Positions 60,978 to 64,000 of a DNA stretch of 64,000 nucleotides are shown here, in pieces. A program made the translations under genes and the position numbers. Origin of the DNA: Minisyncoccota bacterium. GTDB lineage: Bacteria > Patescibacteriota > Minisyncoccia > Phycocordibacterales > JABAAK01. The stretch's first letter is position 1; each line of letters starts with the position of its first letter. The stretch is from the NCBI GenBank assembly GCA_958295675.1, contig OY282360.1, forward strand, positions 594,026 to 658,025, in the 5' to 3' direction. The notes beneath the pieces were generated by a model. It was given only the letters and a program-made list of their open reading frames with translations, was not told the origin of the DNA and made no database searches.

Positions 60978-62450
60978 TTAAACAGGGAGATTTTCCGGCG
61001 GTTCCACGGTAGTTGACAGAGTCCGTTGGACTGATGGCGTGCGTACATGCACAGTGGGAAAATGACACACCGTCGTCAATGTTTCAGTAGTCATGACAGT
61101 TGCAATACGCTTTCTTGACGGTTCCCGCAGTTTTTTTGACCATCGCCGCTCATCAGCGGCACAGTAGGCGTACAGAGCGGGTGCGTACCAAAACATGCGA
61201 TCACGAAAAAGTTGAAGAAGCAATTGTTTTTCCGCATCCTTATCACGACGGGGCGGTTCTAACGACGGAACATTATATACATCATCAAGAAGAGTGCCGT
61301 GCGGAACAAAGGAGTTATCCTCGGTCTTGGTCAGTTTATAAATCGCGGTCATCGGCGTGATACGAGCCGGTGTGAACACATTCTTTGAAGCGACATATAT
61401 CAGCCGAATGCCGACCTCAAGCGCCTGCTTCTCCCGCAGTCGCGGACCAATCTCCTGCAGCCGTTTCTCGGACTGTGTAAGTACCACGGAATCAGCGCCG
61501 TCCTCGCGCCCGCTCCGTATTTTCTTCTCCAATGCAACAAGCGCGTTTTGTATCTCTTTAGGAAGCTTTTGCTTATTCCAATACTCACGATCCAGAGGAT
61601 TATCAGCGGCATCTTCCGGCTGTCGCGGATACTTTTGTGTTCGGAAAACATACTGCAGCCACATTTGCTCGTCTCCCCGTATAGATCCGAAAAAATCGTA
61701 CAAAGATGCGAGCGGATCAACGAGCGGCTGGGGTTGCTGAGCCGGCAAACTGGTGCCGGACAATGCGCCGGGGCTCTGGCGCTTCTCAAGCTGAAATTCA
61801 ACATAAGTTTTTATCGGCAATGCATTGTTTGATTCAAATTTCCATTCAAACGCGAACATGCTGTGGGTCTCTTCATCATACTCAATATCGTATGTATAAT
61901 CATCAATTTCAAGAATCTGTGCTTTAGGATAGAATGCAAAAATGGCCGAGCGTACCGCGTCAACCCAAAAAGCGCGAGTGCTAATGATGAATGCCACACT
62001 CCCGCCACGGGATACAATTTCAAAAGAATACACAGGTCGTTTCCTTCCGTTCCACCACACCGGAAACCACAGCGATTCACCGCTGCCGTAAGAAATCATT
62101 TCAAGCACAGCCTCCATATTTGCCAGGGTCTCCTGTGTATTGTCCGGAACACGCACCTCCAGTATTTTCCTTTCTTCGGTGAGATACGCCAACTGCTGCT
62201 TATACCGACCGATTTCAATATAGGCATAGAGTGCTGCGGCAATAAGGAGAATAACAATTGACGAAAAGACAAGAAAAACGGGCAGAAATTTAAGCGCGGC
62301 AAATGCCGACGGATTTGTAAAGAATGCGTCAATCGGATACGCAGGAGTCAGAATATTGTAAACGAGAAATGCGGCGTATGCGAGAAACAGCGCCATAAAG
62401 CCGACCTTGGCGAACGGAACGAATATATTGTCTCTGAAGATAGTGAACAC
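60978..62450 (-). CDS. Membrane protein (N-terminal multi-TM region plus ~400-aa soluble domain), function unknown
   Basis: Clean 490-aa ORF. TM helices within the first 90 aa. No recognised motif. Confidence 0.45.
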   Translation of the reverse strand: MFTIFRDNIFVPFAKVGFMALFLAYAAFLVYNILTPAYPIDAFFTNPSAFAALKFLPVFLVFSSIVILLIAAALYAYIEIGRYKQQLAYLTEERKILEVRVPDNTQETLANMEAVLEMISYGSGESLWFPVWWNGRKRPVYSFEIVSRGGSVAFIISTRAFWVDAVRSAIFAFYPKAQILEIDDYTYDIEYDEETHSMFAFEWKFESNNALPIKTYVEFQLEKRQSPGALSGTSLPAQQPQPLVDPLASLYDFFGSIRGDEQMWLQYVFRTQKYPRQPEDAADNPLDREYWNKQKLPKEIQNALVALEKKIRSGREDGADSVVLTQSEKRLQEIGPRLREKQALEVGIRLIYVASKNVFTPARITPMTAIYKLTKTEDNSFVPHGTLLDDVYNVPSLEPPRRDKDAEKQLLLQLFRDRMFWYAPALYAYCAADERRWSKKLREPSRKRIATVMTTETLTTVCHFPTVHVRTPSVQRTLSTTVEPPENLPV

Positions 62451-62518
62451 AATACGATGTAAATAGTAACACCTTCAGTATACGGCAGAAATTCCGCCCC
62501 CACGCTCCCGCACGGGTT

Positions 62519-63565
62519 TTATGTCCGTACGGGAGGATTTTTCTCAACAAAATGATATCGATTGCTATCGTCTCTCATAAACCTATCTTTCTTATAGAGC
62601 GACAGAATAACCGATTGGGGCTGCACACGGCGATGCTGGCGAACATAATCAATCACCTCGTCCCGTGTCATAGGACCTTTTTCCTTCATGCCGGCAACAA
62701 TAACATCATAGATAGTACCGGGGTAATATCCCATGCTTGCAAGCGCATACAGACCGCGACCTACCAGCACAAAACTCTCATTTCGTACCAATTCGTTGTG
62801 ACAACTTTCCAAGTTACATGCCTTACCTTCACGCATAGATCCGATCCGTTTTGAGATCTCAGAAAAGTGCAACGGCTCACCGGCCTCGCGAAGCACAAGA
62901 CTGATAAATCCACCGAGGTTGGACAGTGAAATTTCAGGGTGCGTACGCAGTCCCCACTCGCCCTTGGCATTGGAATCAATCTTCTTAGACAGTTTTGCAA
63001 TGCTGTCGTGCTGCGGAACCGACTCATACGACGCAGTAATGGTCTTGTACACTTTCTTAAACTCATCATCAGTCATAAGATTGTTCTCATCTTTCTCAAA
63101 CTCTTGATGCATAATCTGCATGATCTCATCAACCGTCTTTTTGTGACTCTGATCAGCGTACCAATACTTCTCCGCATCATCCGTCTCAGCAGACAGATGG
63201 AAATTATTCCCCACATCAAGCAAAAGCCGCACATAGTTCTTTTCAGTGTTGGTCGCGAGATTACAGGAGAGGCAGAGAGTTTCCTCATCCACAGCACCGC
63301 CGCATGCGTGCAACGCCTGCTCAAGGTTAGTGATAGTAGACGCGAGATGACGGATGCAATCGTCCTGTTGAAGCCGTTTAACCACATTATTCTGAATCTG
63401 ACGGATTCGTTCCCTAGTCAGTGAGTATTCATCAGCAATTTCCTGCAAAGTCCGATACCTCTTCCCGTCCAGTCCAAAGCGCAGAACAATAACCTCACGC
63501 TGCTGTTCGCTAAGCGCTTCCAATGCTTTATCTACTGGTTGTTTGATTTGCAGTTTCATAGTCAA
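62519..63565 (-). CDS. Protein with an N-terminal sigma-70 region-4-type HTH followed by a ~280-aa domain of unknown function
   Basis: ALSEQQREVIVLRFGLDGKRYRTLQEIADEYSLTRERIRQIQNNVVKRL is a canonical region 4.2. It sits at the N-terminus, whereas in sigma factors it is at the C-terminus. Confidence 0.5.
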   Translation of the reverse strand: MTMKLQIKQPVDKALEALSEQQREVIVLRFGLDGKRYRTLQEIADEYSLTRERIRQIQNNVVKRLQQDDCIRHLASTITNLEQALHACGGAVDEETLCLSCNLATNTEKNYVRLLLDVGNNFHLSAETDDAEKYWYADQSHKKTVDEIMQIMHQEFEKDENNLMTDDEFKKVYKTITASYESVPQHDSIAKLSKKIDSNAKGEWGLRTHPEISLSNLGGFISLVLREAGEPLHFSEISKRIGSMREGKACNLESCHNELVRNESFVLVGRGLYALASMGYYPGTIYDVIVAGMKEKGPMTRDEVIDYVRQHRRVQPQSVILSLYKKDRFMRDDSNRYHFVEKNPPVRT

Positions 63566-64000
63566 ATTGAATACCCATAACTAAACACAGACCCTGCTTT
63601 GTTGCAAGGTAGCCGTATTACGGATATACTAATACTTTACCACACTTTGTAATTTATGCAACTATTATATACAGAAAAAATACCTTTAAAAATAAAGGTA
63701 TTTTATACACCCCAAAAAAATCAAGTTGACAGGGAATAAAAAATATAACAAAAAGGTAAAATATCTCTGTTTTTTAAGGTATTTTTATATTTGCCATATA
63801 CTACATTCTATCCTAACATATGAAAGTATTGCTGAAAATATGATCCTATGGTATAGAATCAACACGCCAATCCCTGACCGCAGGATGATAAGTAATAACA
63901 GATACTCCACGCCTACCCAACCTCCGTAATCAAAAAAAGGTGGTGAAAAATGATAAGAATGTGGATTTTAACCTTAAATATATAGACCTCAACACGCTCT

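Overview
The window reads as a small, gene-dense bacterial genome with mid-range GC and many short intergenic regions. Several traits are compatible with a reduced-genome, CPR/Patescibacteria-like lineage: a LAGLIDADG-bearing intron in the 23S rRNA, a short IF-2 and a short ValRS. This lineage call is an inference.

Content, start to end:
- The 5' two-thirds of a 23S rRNA gene on the minus strand (coordinates ~283-2262). It is interrupted at helix 69 by a group I intron that encodes a LAGLIDADG homing endonuclease and continues past the window start. No 16S rRNA gene lies upstream of it.
- A long run of housekeeping genes: ychF, truB, nth, htpX, lemA, groES/groEL, secG, two tandem RNase J paralogs, an HhH-GPD DNA glycosylase, rplY, rpmG, clpB, a cysteine desulfurase, infB-rbfA, murA, gyrA, tmk, an S1-domain protein, pth, lepB, a HisRS-like protein, rpsU, ybeY, ftsA-ftsZ, trxB, valS and mltG.
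- Nine tRNA genes: Ala, Gln, Tyr, Cys, and a Leu(TAG)-Lys(CTT)-Leu(TAA) cluster with a degenerate Leu-derived pseudo-tRNA beside it.
- A ~10 kb, visibly GC-richer accessory island (~34.4-44.5 kb) directly adjacent to that tRNA cluster. This is the most unusual part.

The island carries, all on the minus strand:
- four paralogous signal-peptide proteins whose genes share nearly identical 389-bp 'junction cassettes' and a ~450-bp body repeat, giving a chimeric paralog;
- a two-TM membrane protein with a large extracytoplasmic domain;
- a protein with 45-bp tandem coding repeats;
- five small paralogs with VirB2/TrbC-pilin-like architecture (signal peptide, TM, short charged loop, TM);
- an N-terminally anchored solute-binding-like protein.

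The window contains no integrase, transposase, CRISPR array or secretion ATPase. Other oddities:
- the upstream RNase J paralog has a degenerate HxHxDH active-site motif;
- rpmG shows an apparent 1-nt frameshift;
- two tandem signal-peptide proteins end in Phe, like outer-membrane beta-barrels;
- a ~350-nt GC-rich, terminator-ended non-coding stretch sits between tRNA-Ala and tRNA-Gln;
- several other candidate small RNAs or terminators are noted.

All calls rest on reading the ORF translations and the sequence by eye; no database search was run.
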